NCBI GenBank assembly: GCA_964016885.1
Contig: OZ024755.1
Location: forward strand, 10,850,001-10,914,000
Direction: 5' to 3'
DNA length: 64,000 nt
Source: Eledone cirrhosa
Taxonomy: Eukaryota
Positions within the stretch are counted from its first letter, which is position 1, and each line of letters begins with the position of its first letter. Made by a program: the position numbers and the translations under genes. The notes under the pieces are model-generated. The model saw only the letters and a list, made by a program, of their open reading frames with translations. It did not search any database and was not told the origin of the DNA. Shown one piece after another: positions 44,016 through 57,705 of this stretch.

Positions 44016-44296
44016 ATGAAGCTGCTGCTTATTGTCAAAGGTAAAAAGATCAATATACCTCTATAAAGCAGGTAAATGATATAAAAATATATCCAACATG
44101 TGCTCACTCTACTTTTCTTCCTGCCTATAATCTGTTGGTAATACATAGCTATCTTTCGCATTTATCAAACTCTGTATATTCATCTATCTATCACTCAATC
44201 TATTTATCATTATATCTAACTATCATTCTATCTATCTATCTGCATACCTGCCTGTTTGTCTGAATGCCACCAGAGGAAATAATTTTGAAAAAATGC

Positions 44297-44570
44297 TTCT
44301 ATATTTTTGGCACAAGGCCAGCAATTTGAAGAGAGTGAGAAAATCGAATGAACCGAGACCAGTTCGTTACTGCTACTTTATTTATTGATCCCGTAAGGAT
44401 GCAAAGCAAAGCAAACATCGGCGGAATTTGAATTCAGAATGTAAAGGGTCATAACTATATGGTGTAAAGAGTGTTGTCCGAGATTCTCCCGATACACCCA
44501 GCTTACCGCCCTATACTTGATTCTACTTTTGGCACAGAATCAACAATTTGAAAAGACGGGGAAATTCATT
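44297..44570 (-). mobile_element. Family A SINE plus adjacent tail fragment
   Basis: tttggcacaaggccagcaatttg..cccgtaaggatg..ggcggaatttgaattcagaa..agcttaccgccct. Confidence 0.8.
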
Positions 44571-45234
44571 TATTAATTCATATTTTAATCTGTCAATTAA
44601 TTTATCTATCTATCAGTTCATTTGTTAACCTATCAATCTATCACTCAATCTTTCTATCGGTATATCAATCTATCCAGACATCTAACTCCTCAATCAGCTA
44701 TCTATCCCACCATCCATTTAACTATCAGTGAAATCCCTGATTACCCGACCTGCTAAAATTAGCAGCTAAATATCCCTCCCTCAAAATCACGCTCTTCCAT
44801 ATAGCATCCTATTTTTTAGTTTTGTTATTCAGGATAATGTAATCCTAGATACATTATACGGAAAACAAAGACTTATGAACAAAAACAGGTTTCAACATCG
44901 ATAATCATTGTTCAATCAGGGTTGACCTGGAGTTAAACAATAACAATATTAATAACAACAACAACAACAAGACAACGAAAATGTCTTGACCCCAGTAAAT
45001 TAACTTACGAAACACTGACCCTTCTTTCAGTAGGCCAACTCTCTTTTCACATGAACGGTTGCAATTCTGAATAGACAGAAAAATATTCATATATTTTTTT
45101 CTCTCTCTGCTTATAAGTTTTTTAATGCATTGCACCAAAACGTTCTACTGAATAGGAGCTCATTCAAAGAAATCATGAATACGGCATTTCTAAAAGGTCC
45201 CTTTATCTCATTCTCTCTCTCTCTATATATATAT

Positions 45235-45306
<72 letters not shown>

Positions 45307-46195
45307 ATATATGGGTCTATCTGCCTCTCTATATCTATCTTTTTCTCTCTGTCTGCCTAGCTGTCTCTTTATGTTTTTCTCTCTCTGTTGCATATCTGAC
45401 CCCCCCCCCCTCTCTCCCCATCCTTCTCTCTCTTACACACACACACACACATTTTCTATAATTATCAATTGTTTGTTTTTCGGGCATGGTTGATACACCC
45501 TTTTAATATGCTAAAATAGTATCGATATAACAATAGATGTATCGATAAAAGCTTTATACGCCATAGTATGGATCGATAGTATGGATCGATATCTCGCCCG
45601 AAAAAAATAAAATAAAATAAAAAAAATAAACTGAAAACATCACGTGACATGTAGATAGACATGTAGGGGAATTTACATATTGCATATATTGCTTATTTAT
45701 CAATCAGTTTGTGGATGTGATTGTGCGCGGCAATTGCTCAGCAAGTCATACTGGTATATACGTCTAGGAGATATTCGGTTCTCATCTTTGTCTATATTGA
45801 ACCAATATCGCCTCCATTAGTTCTTTTTAGAAGGGTGTCGCCGTAGGTTTTCCTCTGCCTAGTCGCTATGATGAAGGAATCTGTATGGTGGCATATCTAA
45901 AAGGATATAGTATAAGAATCTTCTTCGGCTAAGAACTCACAAACCACTTCAAGTTCTCTTTACTATCTTATCGTAGCATAAATATTAATTTAATCATTCA
46001 TATTGACAACATTTGTAAGGTATTAAATGACTTAGAAAATCTATTTTATCTTTTGAATTTGCTATATATATATATAAATGTGTGAGTGTGGACGCGTGTG
46101 TGTGTGTGTGTATTATTATTATATATTCTGATTAATATGATAAAAATATAGAATATTAGATACTGAGTACTTTTTCCTAGTGACGCCAAATTCAA

Positions 46196-46244
<49 letters not shown>

Positions 46245-46246
<2 letters not shown>

Positions 46247-46352
46247 GTAAATTTTGATCAAGTTTAAAAATAGTAGACTTGACGTCCATGCCTGGAATAT
46301 TCCAGGCATGGACGTCAAGTCTACTATTTTTAAACTTGATCAAAATTTACCA
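46245..46352. repeat. Perfect 108-bp spacerless palindrome
   Basis: Centre ggaat|attcc at 46298/46299; the ORF track gives the same peptide start on both strands. Confidence 0.95.
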
Positions 46353-48078
46353 TTATCTATATTTTGTTTAATTTTCCCCAAAAAGAACAAATCTCTCAAT
46401 AATAATCATAATCATTTTTTTTTTTTATTTAATTTTCCTAACTAATTTCTGTATATAAATATCTGTTAACATCGTTGTGGCAGTCTCTGTAATATATTTG
46501 TTATTATATTAGTTGTTGTAAATTTATTTTACATTCGTTCTAACGAAAAAAATGAAAATACGTCATTTGAAATGTCATTAGAATCCTACTTGAAGGGAAA
46601 ATAAAATTAAAATCAATTAGAAGAATTAAATTATCAACGAATATTAATAACAAGTCAACATATTGGAGAGAAAAAAGACTTAGAGAGAAAATTGTTAATA
46701 TTAGAGATGGTGTTGTTGGTGATGATGGTTGTGGTGGAGAGGTAAGTATGGATGTGGTTATTTTTGTGGTGGAGGGTTAGATGTGATGGGGGTGAAAGTG
46801 GGGGTATTGGTGGTGGGGAAGTATGTATCTATTGATGCTGATGGTGTGTGTGGGGAATGGAGTACAATAATTAATGGATGTTGTAGGAAATAGGAGGTAC
46901 AAATAGATTGAGAGATATTTAGATAGATAGATGATAGATAGATGATAGATAGACATTCACACAAAAAACATACGTATACATATATTTATGTACGTGTGCA
47001 TGTACGAGAGAGAGGGAGAGAGAGAGAGAGAAAGATTATATAACCGGTGCCGTATATCTTCTGTCTCTATTTGTGAATGTGTGTGTATACTTTGTATGTA
47101 TATGGATAAGCATAATTACGTGTATATACATGTCTATATACGTGTCTATATACATGTGTATATTTTCTTTTCATTAAAACGTGAACATTTATTGCGCTTA
47201 TCAGTTTCTGAAGACTTATATATATTAAACAATTTACATGTTTGCGTATGGATATGAAAGGTATAAGGTGGGGAGGAAGGTGGATGAAGTGATGTTGATG
47301 TACTTCCATATGTGGAAATGCAGGTGTGTGTGCATACATATGCGTGTATGTATGAGTTTTAGTGAATAAACTAACAACAAATCGAGGTATATATATATAT
47401 ATATATATGCATGTTTTTCCCAATGAACATGTGTTTGAGGGTGCACATGTGTTTAAGAATGCGCTTGTGTCTATGTATGCCTTTGTTGGCTAATAAACTG
47501 ACGACAAAAAAAGCATGTACATGTGTGAGTTTAAGAATGTGTATCTGTATAAAGATTCGTCTATTTCAGAATGCGTATGAAAAAGAGGATACCCCTGCGT
47601 GTAAGTGTGTGGTTTAAGGGAGGGAGGTTGTGTCTTGTTTGTGCCTGGTCTGGCAGTGATGAGAAAGAAAATATTTTGGCAAAGTTTTAGGCAACTTCTA
47701 TTCTTAGACGGAGATTTTAATGAAAGGAAACGAGCGAGACAAGAAAGAAAGCCGATTCTAATAATATAGATTATACTTTAAATTTTCGAACCTATAAAAC
47801 AAATATTTAAAGACACAAACAAGGAGGCAAACAAACAAACAAACATGACAAGAGATGGGAAATTTATTTTTCAAATTCCAATAAAGAAAAGGTGAATGAA
47901 TTGTTTATCGTTGGACGAAATTGGGTCCAAAGTATATAAGACGGTTGATTACATCAATGTATAAAAGATTATACTGATTATAATCGCAGATTGTATAAGT
48001 CAAAGTTTATTATATTTTCTCAGCGAAGCAAACGAAGCATATTCACTTATCAAGTTGGTTAGTGTAGAATACGGACAG

Positions 48079-48111
<33 letters not shown>

Positions 48112-48270
48112 AAAGACAGTAACTCTGCACTGATTATGTTGTGTCAACAACGAATCTATCCATCTATGGGTCTTTAACTCCTCTTGGAGTCGTTTGAGGT
48201 GTGGAGCCTTATGACATAGAGCGTGCCTTGGAATCTTACACCTGGTGGTGTATGTATATATATATATATG

Positions 48271-48325
<55 letters not shown>

Positions 48326-48786
48326 TTATCCACGCCTCGCTGATCCTATTTTAGAATAAGTATTTATCTCCAGCATTTATATGCTGTTAATATTAAAATA
48401 AACTACGACTAAAACTGTTGTAAGTGTCGCTGACATCGTTGATAAAGACTAGAGCCTGTGTAGCCTTCATTCCTTCACACATTGTCTGGAAGCTATTCAA
48501 AGGCTGCTAGCTGACCTCAGCGACTAGACCTCATCATGTACACTGCCTGAAGATAGATACATCACTACGCCTGCAGCGGATATTAATACACGAACTAATG
48601 ACCTTCCTTTAGTCAAGCATTTCTCTTCAAACATAGAAAGCGTGATGCATGTATGTATGTGGGTGTCTATATATCTATGCGCGTGTGTAAATGTGTGCGT
48701 GTATATACTGAATCAATTTTCTACGTATATTCATGTACGTCAGCACATTTTTCTTTTGCATTATACATATCCTATATATATATATA

Positions 48787-48861
48787 CAGCGTGTTCCCAA
48801 AAATGTATACATACTTTTATTAGAATAGTGTTGCAGTATGTATACATATTTTGAGGACATC

Positions 48862-48864
<3 letters not shown>
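48787..48864. mobile_element. Tc1/mariner-type MITE
   Basis: TA-cagcgtgttcccaaaaatgtatacatact ... agtatgtatacatattttgaggacatcctg-TA; imperfect ~30-bp TIRs. Confidence 0.7.
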
Positions 48865-48905
<41 letters not shown>

Positions 48906-49255
48906 GCATGTATATATAGGTTTTTCTATTTCTATATATTTATGTATGTGTATTTGCTGTGTGTGTGTGTGGCGCCTTCTGAACCTCTGAATAATTAACT
49001 CGTGGCGACGACCTAATAGTGTCGTACTAATAGTGTGGTAGTATTAATATAGGATAAATTAATGGATCTCCCTGGAATTTCATCCATTCTGATGTTGTTG
49101 TCGTCTTTCTCATGTCATGTCGGTTGTCGGTTGATTTTGATATTGTTGTTGTTGTTGTTATTGAAATTGATGTTGTGGTTATTTTTGAGATGGAATTTTC
49201 CTTTGGTTTCATTTAATTTGGTTAATGTCACTATGCAATAATAATTTATTTTTAT

Positions 49256-49436
49256 TTAGGCGTGAAATTCCTCTGCATGAAGTTGTCTCCATAAATCGTT
49301 ATAACCAATGAGCAATGCTTCATCAATCTGTTGAGTCTCATAAGTTGAACCGGCAACCTTTAGCTCATCTCCCTCGCTATCCTCCAGGATAATACATTCA
49401 CAATTCTGTCCACAGGTACCATGACATATCAACCAC
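49256..49436 (-). CDS. Candidate terminal exon of an unidentified gene
   Basis: Acceptor ..aaccctcag|G, 59 open codons (WLICHGTCGQNCECII...EEFHA*), non-repetitive, AATAAA at the stop; no recognised homology. Confidence 0.35.
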
Positions 49437-49659
49437 CTGAGGGTTTGTAATTTAGATGAATAGAACAATCGAATGAAATAATTTTATAACAATTCCTTGC
49501 TTAATTCGTGCTGCTACCGATAGTCAATACATATATCGATCGATGGATTCAACCAACAACAACCCAGACCTCAGTTGCTTACCGAGTGTAATGGAACTCA
49601 TTACAGTTGCTTACCGAGTGTCATGGTCTTTTCATCGCTGATACTATGTACCAGTAGCA

Positions 49660-49785
49660 ACTCCTGGAAGAAAGAGCAGCGTGAAAGAGTGTGTTTTGTT
49701 CGAGGATATAACGCATCCACCGGTCCAGGAATCGAACTTACAACCTCATGATTGTGAATTCAGATCTCTAACAATTAAGCCACTA
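49660..49785 (-). mobile_element. CORE-like SINE 5' half
   Basis: gagcagcgtgaaa..tgttcgaggatataacgca..ggaatcgaacttacaacctcatgattgtga. Confidence 0.6.
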
Positions 49786-50630
49786 CATAGATATTTACAT
49801 ACATACATACAAACAAACACAATTACCCACATGCATACGCACACACACACACAGTACCTGTTTAGGCTTGTAAAATGTTAAGACTTATACACTTCCAACT
49901 CCAATAAAAAATATACCCGGGACAAATCTTGAGTTGAGCTGAGACTACGAAAAAGACACTCGTGTAAGATGTAAAGAGTTGTTTTTTTTAACCAAAACAC
50001 AAAACTCTCGATGGACCAATGTGAGAACCTCTATTAAGTTATGTGCCAAAGACGTGTTTACTAACGAGAACGTTATTTATTCTTTTAATTTTTTCTACAT
50101 TCTTGAATATTTTCAATCATAGACATATAAATATGGTATGGAATGGTTTAAATATATATTTTAGTGAACCTATCCAAATTCTTGAGTATTTTCAGAAATA
50201 TTTGGTTAAATTATAAGTGTTAAAGAAATCATCCTAATCAACTGTTCCAAACCATGCATTAATAACTACGAAGAGCTTTTATGCTGTCAAAATTATTTTC
50301 GCTAATTTACCAATTACCCATCAATCCACTGACTACACTCTTCAGTTCCTTTGCTTGTCAAAACGTTTTTGCTTTTATTACTATTTAATGTTTAATATTT
50401 CGCGCGTAAATTTATCATTTCATAATCAAGGATTATTAAAGGAATGATTTTGAACACGCACCAAACATACCCATATGAACACATCCCATATGAACACATG
50501 CATACACCTATGCACACCTGTGTGTGTGTGTGTCTGAGTGTGTGTGTGTGAATTGACAGATGCATACACCTATGCATGCATCTGTCAATTCACACACACA
50601 GACTTAGACACACACAGACATATACATACA

Positions 50631-50662
<32 letters not shown>

Positions 50663-50959
50663 GATATATATATATATACCATATATTTATATATGGGAGT
50701 CGATAAAGCGTTAGATAAGATATTGGCTCATAGCTTTTGCGATCTGAGTTCGAATCCAGTTGTGGCCCACTTTCTCTTACTGGTTTGATAAAGAAATATT
50801 GTCCTGAGAAATAGCAAACTAATAGCATTCTATTCCCGACCTAACATCTTAAAAAAGATAGGCAATACTATGTCTGAGAATAGATGGGGTAGTCGTAGAA
50901 GGAACACCCTTGTGTTCAATCAGGAGCTAAACAGGAACAATAACTTCCCATCTATTTAC

Positions 50960-51047
50960 GTTACTGTTGGCGGTCCATATACCAGGAAAATTATGTCTTG
51001 TGCAGTTGAGCCTATCCTCTTCAAGCTCGAAAATATACGATTTATTC
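50960..51047 (-). CDS. Candidate internal exon
   Basis: Strong acceptor atctatccttattttcag|G, donor AC|gtaaat; phase-compatible with the exon at 49256-49436. Confidence 0.3.
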
Positions 51048-51939
51048 CTGAAAATAAGGATAGATAGTGAGGGAAAGAAACGACTCATTACGTGACTGGT
51101 AGTTTGATGCCTTGGTCACGGTAGGACTTCAACTCAGAACGGAACGCAGAGAAGACGAACGAAACATCTACAATACCGTCTTCCATTACTCCTAACACCT
51201 CTGTCAATTTGTCGTCTATCAAGGAATTTCTCTCCGAAGCTGTATCTGGGAAGGGTTAAATGTCTTCTTGGAACTCACGTAGACAGGCTTAATTAGATTT
51301 AAAAGCTACTTGAAAGATAAAATGTTGTAGAGTGTTATGCCATTGTCTAAGATTGACTCAATTAGACAAAAAACGTTTTGCTAAATAGCAAAATGGAGTG
51401 ATGCTAGCTGTTTTACCCATGATGAAGTAGAAGGAAATAGAATTAAATTTATTTTAATAAAAGCAAATGGAACGCCCGCGGTAAAAGATGAACCGATGGT
51501 TCCATGAACTAAGTTGTTGAATATTTAAAAACCTATAAAAAACGAAGAAGAAGAAACGGTGGTGGTGGTGGTGGTGGTGATGGTTGCTGCTGCTGCTACT
51601 GCTTTTGTTCTGCTTGGCAATATGCGATGACAATGCTCTTCAGATAAATGAGAACAACAAAACCTCTTTGAAAGATATCTTTGTTAGTTAAACGTGAATA
51701 AAAATAATATTATTGTCGAAGTTCTCCATTGCTGTTGAGAATTCTTTCAATATTATTTATTTTATTTAAATATGAATTGAAATAATTAGAATTAGAGAAA
51801 AACCGCAGCACTTAGCCATTGCTATCACTGCTACTTTTGCAGCTGTACCTCAGAACAAGCTACTTCCATAGCTTCGCTATTCAAAGTCCAATCGAAGCAT
51901 TCGTTTTCTTTTTATGAACTATGCTTGACTTTCCATGTG

Positions 51940-52140
51940 GATGCAGGCATGGCTGAGCGATTAAAAAACTTGCTTTACAATCATGAGGTTTTGGGTTCGA
52001 TCCCACTCTGTGGTACCTTGAGAAAGTGTCTTTGGATAATTTATAGATCACGATCCAACGTGAGGGTTTCTATGTGTTTGTTTGACCTGGTAGAAATAGC
52101 AGTCAACATTCCCTCAAACCATACACTACAGAAAATGGAA
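51940..52140 (+). mobile_element. tRNA-derived SINE head/core plus tail
   Basis: ggcatggctgagcgattaa..ggttttgggttcgatcccact..accttgagaaagtgtctt. Confidence 0.6.
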
Positions 52141-52159
52141 GAACAGGTTAGATAATAAT

Positions 52160-52365
52160 TGTTTCTAATTTTGACATAAGGCCAGTAATGTGTAGGGTCG
52201 GAGAAGTCGATTAAATCGACCCCAATGCGTTACTGGTACTTTATTTTATCTACCCCCGTAACGATGAAAAGCAGTACTTATATTAGCAGGATTTGAACTC
52301 AGAACGTAAAGAGACGTAACTATATGCCACAAAGCATGCTATCCGACGCTCAACCGAATCAGCCC
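52160..52365 (-). mobile_element. Family A SINE
   Basis: aagtcgattaaatcgacccca..ctggtactttattttatc..ggatttgaactcagaacgtaaag. Confidence 0.8.
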
Positions 52366-52889
52366 TAACAAATTATATAATGATTTAATATGCACCTTAA
52401 AAAATGGCTGGAAATGTTTTAATCGTGTTTTGCTAGATCTTTCGTTGTCCTGCTGTATTTGTCATGTCACATGTAGACGTAAGTATGACTGAATGGTTAA
52501 GACACAACTACGTGGAACCTTGGGCAAATATCTTTACCACAGTCTGAGGTTGACCCGAGATTTATGAATGAAATTCAGTACACGGAATCTGTTTGGAAAA
52601 CCGCCTGATAAAATGTACCTGTAATACAAATGTTTGTTATTGTTGCTGTCATTGTTGTTGAAGACTATGATTGTGTTTTGTTGTTGATGATGATGATGAT
52701 GGTGGTGGTGGTGATGTTGTGGATGATGATCTGGATGATGTTGTTGATGAAGTGCATGTGACAATGTTATAGTTGTTAATGAAGTTGTTATTGTTGGTGT
52801 TGTCGTTGATGTTATTGTTGCTATTGTTGTTGTTATTGTCGTTGCATTAGTTAACGTTGGAGAAGTTTTTGATGTAGTTATTGTCGTTA

Positions 52890-55235
52890 TATTTTTTGCT
52901 GTAGTTGATGCTGTTATTGATATTATTGTTGTTGTTATTGATGGAGTTGTTATTGTCCTTATACCTGTTGTTGTTGTTGTTGTCATTGATGGAGTTGTTA
53001 TTGTCGTTATACCTGTTGTTGATGGAGTTGTTATTGTCCTTATACCTGTTGTTGATGGAGTTGTTATTGTCGTTATACCTGTTGTTGATGGAGTTGTTAT
53101 TGTCCTTATACCTGTTATTGATGGAGTTGTTATTGTCGTTATACCTGTTGTTGATGGAGTTGTTATTGTCCTTATACCTGTTGTTGTTGTTGTTGTCATT
53201 GATGGAGTTGTTATTGTCGTTATACCTGTTGTTGATGGAGTTGTTATTGTCCTTATACCTGTTGTTGATGGAGTTGTTATTGTCGTTATACCTGTTGTTG
53301 ATGGAGTTGTTATTGTCGTTATACCTGTTGTTGATGGAGTTGTTATTGTCGTTATACCTGTTATTGATGGAGTTGTTATTGTCCTTATACCTGTTATTGA
53401 TGGAGTTGTTATTGTCGTTATACCTGTTGTTGATGGAGTTGTTATTGTCCTTATACCTGTTGTTGTTGTTGTTGTCATTGATGGAGTTGTTATTGTCCTT
53501 ATACCTGTTGTTGATGGAGTTGTTATTGTCCTTATACCTGTTGTTGATGGAGTTGTTATTGTCGTTATACCTGTTGTTGATGGAGTTGTTATTGTCGTTA
53601 TACCTGTTGTTGATGGAGTTGTTATTGTCCTTATACCTGTTATTGATGGAGTTGTTATTGTCGTTATACCTGTTGTTGATGGAGTTGTTATTGTCCTTAT
53701 ACCTGTTGTTGTTGTTGTTGTCATTGATGGAGTTGTTATTGTCCTTATACCTGTTGTTGATGGAGTTGTTATTGTCCTTATACCTGTTGTTGATGGAGTT
53801 GTTATTGTCGTTATACCTGTTGTTGATGGAGTTGTTATTGTCGTTATACCTGTTGTTGATGGAGTTGTTATTGTCCTTATACCTGTTATTGATGGAGTTG
53901 TTATTGTCCTTATACCTGTTATTGATGGAGTTGTTATTGTCGTTATACCTGTTGTTGATGGAGTTGTTATTGTCCTTATACCTGTTATTGATGGAGTTGT
54001 TATTGTCGTTATACCTGTTGTTGATGGAGTTGTTATTGTCCTTATACCTGTTGTTGTTGTTGTTGTCATTGATGGAGTTGTTATTGTCGTTATACCTGTT
54101 GTTGATGGAGTTGTTATTGTCCTTATACCTGTTGTTGATGGAGTTGTTATTGTCGTTATACCTGTTGTTGATGGAGTTGTTATTGTCCTTATACCTGTTA
54201 TTGATGGAGTTGTTATTGTCCTTATACCTGTTATTGATGGAGTTGTTATTGTCGTTATACCTGTTGTTGATGGAGTTGTTATTGTCCTTATACCTGTTGT
54301 TGTTGTTGTTGTCATTGATGGAGTTGTTATTGTCGTTATACCTGTTGTTGATGGAGTTGTTATTGTCCTTATACCTGTTGTTGATGGAGTTGTTATTGTC
54401 GTTATACCTGTTGTTGATGGAGTTGTTATTGTCCTTATACCTGTTATTGATGGAGTTGTTATTGTCCTTATACCTGTTATTGATGGAGTTGTTATTGTCG
54501 TTATACCTGTTGTTGATGGAGTTGTTATTGTCGTTATACCTGTTGTTGATGGAGTTGTTATTGTCGTTATACCTGTTGTTGATGGAGTTGTTATTGTCTT
54601 TATACCTGTTGTTGATGGAGTTGTTATTGTCGTTATACCTGTTGTTGATGGAGTTGTTATTGTCGTTATACCTGTTGTTGATGGAGTTGTTATTGTCGTT
54701 ATACCTGTTGTTGATGGAGTTGTTTTTGTCGTTATACCTGTTGTTGATGGAGTTGTTATTGTCGTTATACCTGTTGTTGATGGAGTTGTTATTGTCGTTA
54801 TACCTGTTGTTGATGGAGTTGTTTTTGTCGTTATACCTGTTGTTGATGGAGTTGTTATTGTCGTTATACCTGTTGTTGATGGAGTTGTTATTGTCGTTAT
54901 ACCTGTTGTTGATGGAGTTGTTTTTGTCGTTATACCTGTTGTTGATGGAGTTGTTATTGTCGTTATACCTGTTGTTGATGGAGTTGTTTTTGTCGTTATA
55001 CCTGTTGTTGATGGAGTTGTTATTGTCGTTATACCTGTTGTTGATGGAGTTGTTATTGTCGTTATACCTGTTGTTGATGGAGTTGTTTTTGTCGTTATTC
55101 CTGTTGTTGTTGTTGTTATTGATGGAGTTGTTATTGTCCTTATACCTGTTGTTGTTGATGGTTGTTTTGTTTGTCGTTATATCTGTTGTTCTTGTTGTTA
55201 TTGTCCTTATACTTGTTGTTGTTGTTATTGATGAT
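52890..55235. repeat. 33-bp VNTR (gatggagttgttattgtc[c/g]ttatacctgtt[g/a]tt) with 48-bp variant units
   Basis: 11-aa periodicity in three long ORFs (ITTPSTTGITT, NNNSINNRYND, LLLMELLLSLY). Confidence 0.95.
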
Positions 55236-55782
55236 GTTAAATCTATTTCACCGTGACTGTCTTTCATTTCCTGTTGGTCGTTTCAACAAAACTAACATTG
55301 TTTTTATATTAAAATACAAGTTTATTTTTTCTCTTTTCTTTTCCAAAATGTCATTGTTTAAGCATTTCATTTACATTGTTATATTTTTTGCTTTCATTTA
55401 ATGATTTCGTAACATATATTTCTGTATCATTATTATCATTATCATAAGTAGTAGTATTGGTAGTGATAGTGGCGCTGGTGGTGGTGGTGTCAGTGGTGGT
55501 GTTTTTGCTGCTGTTGTTGTTGCTGTCGTCTCTGTGGACATAAGAAACTTATTTTATATTTTCCTTAATATTTATGTCACTGATGGTGATTAGAAAGTGG
55601 TCTTTCACGCAATATTTATGTGGTTGCATGTGTGTTTGCGTGCGCGCGCGCGCGTGTGTGTGTATGTGTGTGTGTGTGTGATTATGTGAGCATATGTGTG
55701 GGTGGTTGTGTGAGAATATATCTGTATATGCATGTATGTTTCTTTCTCTGTTTGTGTATACGTTTTTGTATGCGTTTCTATC

Positions 55783-55825
<43 letters not shown>

Positions 55826-56144
55826 GTGTGTGTGCGTGTGTTTAGTTGTCTATCTGTGTTCTATGTTAGATTGATGATTAACCCGATATTACATGAAAAA
55901 CAAGAATGAAACAATTACAACAAAGCAACAACAACAAAAAATATGTTGCAACAATACAACAACAATGGCTACTAATTCATGCGACAATTCAGCCACTAAC
56001 AGACGTCAAAGACAGTTTTAGAGATCAAAGATGACCAAAAAGTTGTTCAAATATTCCGGTGATAATATATTCACAACAAACCTGCATATAGTTCAATATA
56101 CGCCTATGAGAGTTTAAGTGTGTGTGTCTTTCTATGAGACTGTC

Positions 56145-56254
<110 letters not shown>

Positions 56255-56330
56255 AAACACCATAGATACTCACTAAGCGTTTCTCTCTTTGGCAGATAAC
56301 GAAATATAATCAGATTATATGTCTGTATAC

Positions 56331-56376
<46 letters not shown>

Positions 56377-56475
56377 GATTTAGTGTTCATATTTATTATA
56401 TATATATATTTACATTTACCTATCTACCTACCTACCTATCTACATATATACATGCATACATACATACATATATAT

Positions 56476-56585
<110 letters not shown>

Positions 56586-56752
56586 CTGTGTGTGTATATA
56601 CATATTAATTACTTTTCTCCCGGTTTGTAAAAATCAAACGCATGTATTTAGCTATTTCTCTCTCTCACCTTCTCACTCTTTATTTCTCCCTCCATATATA
56701 TATATATATATATATGGAAGGAGAAATAAATATATATATATATACACTTAAC

Positions 56753-57010
56753 GAACGGGGGATAATATACATAGTACTAAGAACCAAACACAGTATACTA
56801 TTGTGTTTAAGCTGAGCGGATGTAATGGGCTGTCTCTTGGGTTTCCACAACGTGTTGTCGCTTCATGAGACAGACAGAAAATAATCTGTTGATGATTATG
56901 TGACGATATTATTGTTGCTGTTGTTTTTGATGAGTTAGTTGATGTTGTTGTTCTTCTTGTTGACTGACCAACTGAGAGCACATAGCAGGAAAATCTGCAG
57001 CAGTAGAACA
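56753..57010 (-). other. Candidate exon (258 nt, one open frame ending in a hydrophobic stretch)
   Basis: Acceptor atcatctatctttctcatccag|, weak donor C|gttaag. Confidence 0.25.
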
Positions 57011-57059
57011 CTGGATGAGAAAGATAGATGATTAAATATCTATTGTTTATTAGTCAAGG

Positions 57060-57705
57060 GGAAAAGGTGGTAGATTGGCAAAATTGGTGGAGCATTGGAT
57101 AATGAAATTGCTTAAATCTTGCTTTTTAAATTCTTTAGTTCAATTCCACCCAAGCTTAATTTGCTTTTAGCTCTTCCGGTTTCGAAAACATCAAGTGCCA
57201 CTCAAGTACTATGATTTAATCAAACTTGACCTTCCACAAATTGACTGGCTAGTGCCTAAACTAAGAATAATATAGAGGGCGGTGTATTGGCAGTATCGAT
57301 AGAGCGACGGACAACATGCTTTACAGCATAGAATCACGTCCCTTTACGTTCTGAGTTCAGATCCCGTCGAAGCTAGCTTTTTACCTTTCATCGTTACGGT
57401 GTCGATAAAATAAAGTACCAGTAACATACTTTCCCCTACCGTTCAAATTGCTACCCTTGTGCCAAAAGCAGAAATAATAATATAACATTCAAGGGGAATT
57501 GGTAGAGCATCGGCAACAATACTTTGCAACATTTCTTCCGTCTCTTAGTATGTCGTTCTAAGTTCAAATCCCATCGAGGTCACATTTGCCATTTATCTTC
57601 GTGCTGTCGATAAAATAAAGTAACAATGGAAATTTAGGGTCGATACAATTGATTTACCCTCACCAAAGTATTGCTAGTATCGTATGGAAATTTAGAAACC
57701 AGCAT
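57060..57705 (+). mobile_element. Head-to-tail trio of family A SINEs of differing divergence
   Basis: Three head/B-box/core units starting near 57065, 57276 and 57492. Confidence 0.8.

Noticed and set aside
52847-55267. 806-aa Asn-rich and 783-aa Leu-rich ORFs; also considered as a CRISPR-like array
   Set aside because: Alternative frames of a stop-free 33-bp tandem repeat; no unique spacers, no cas genes, eukaryotic context.
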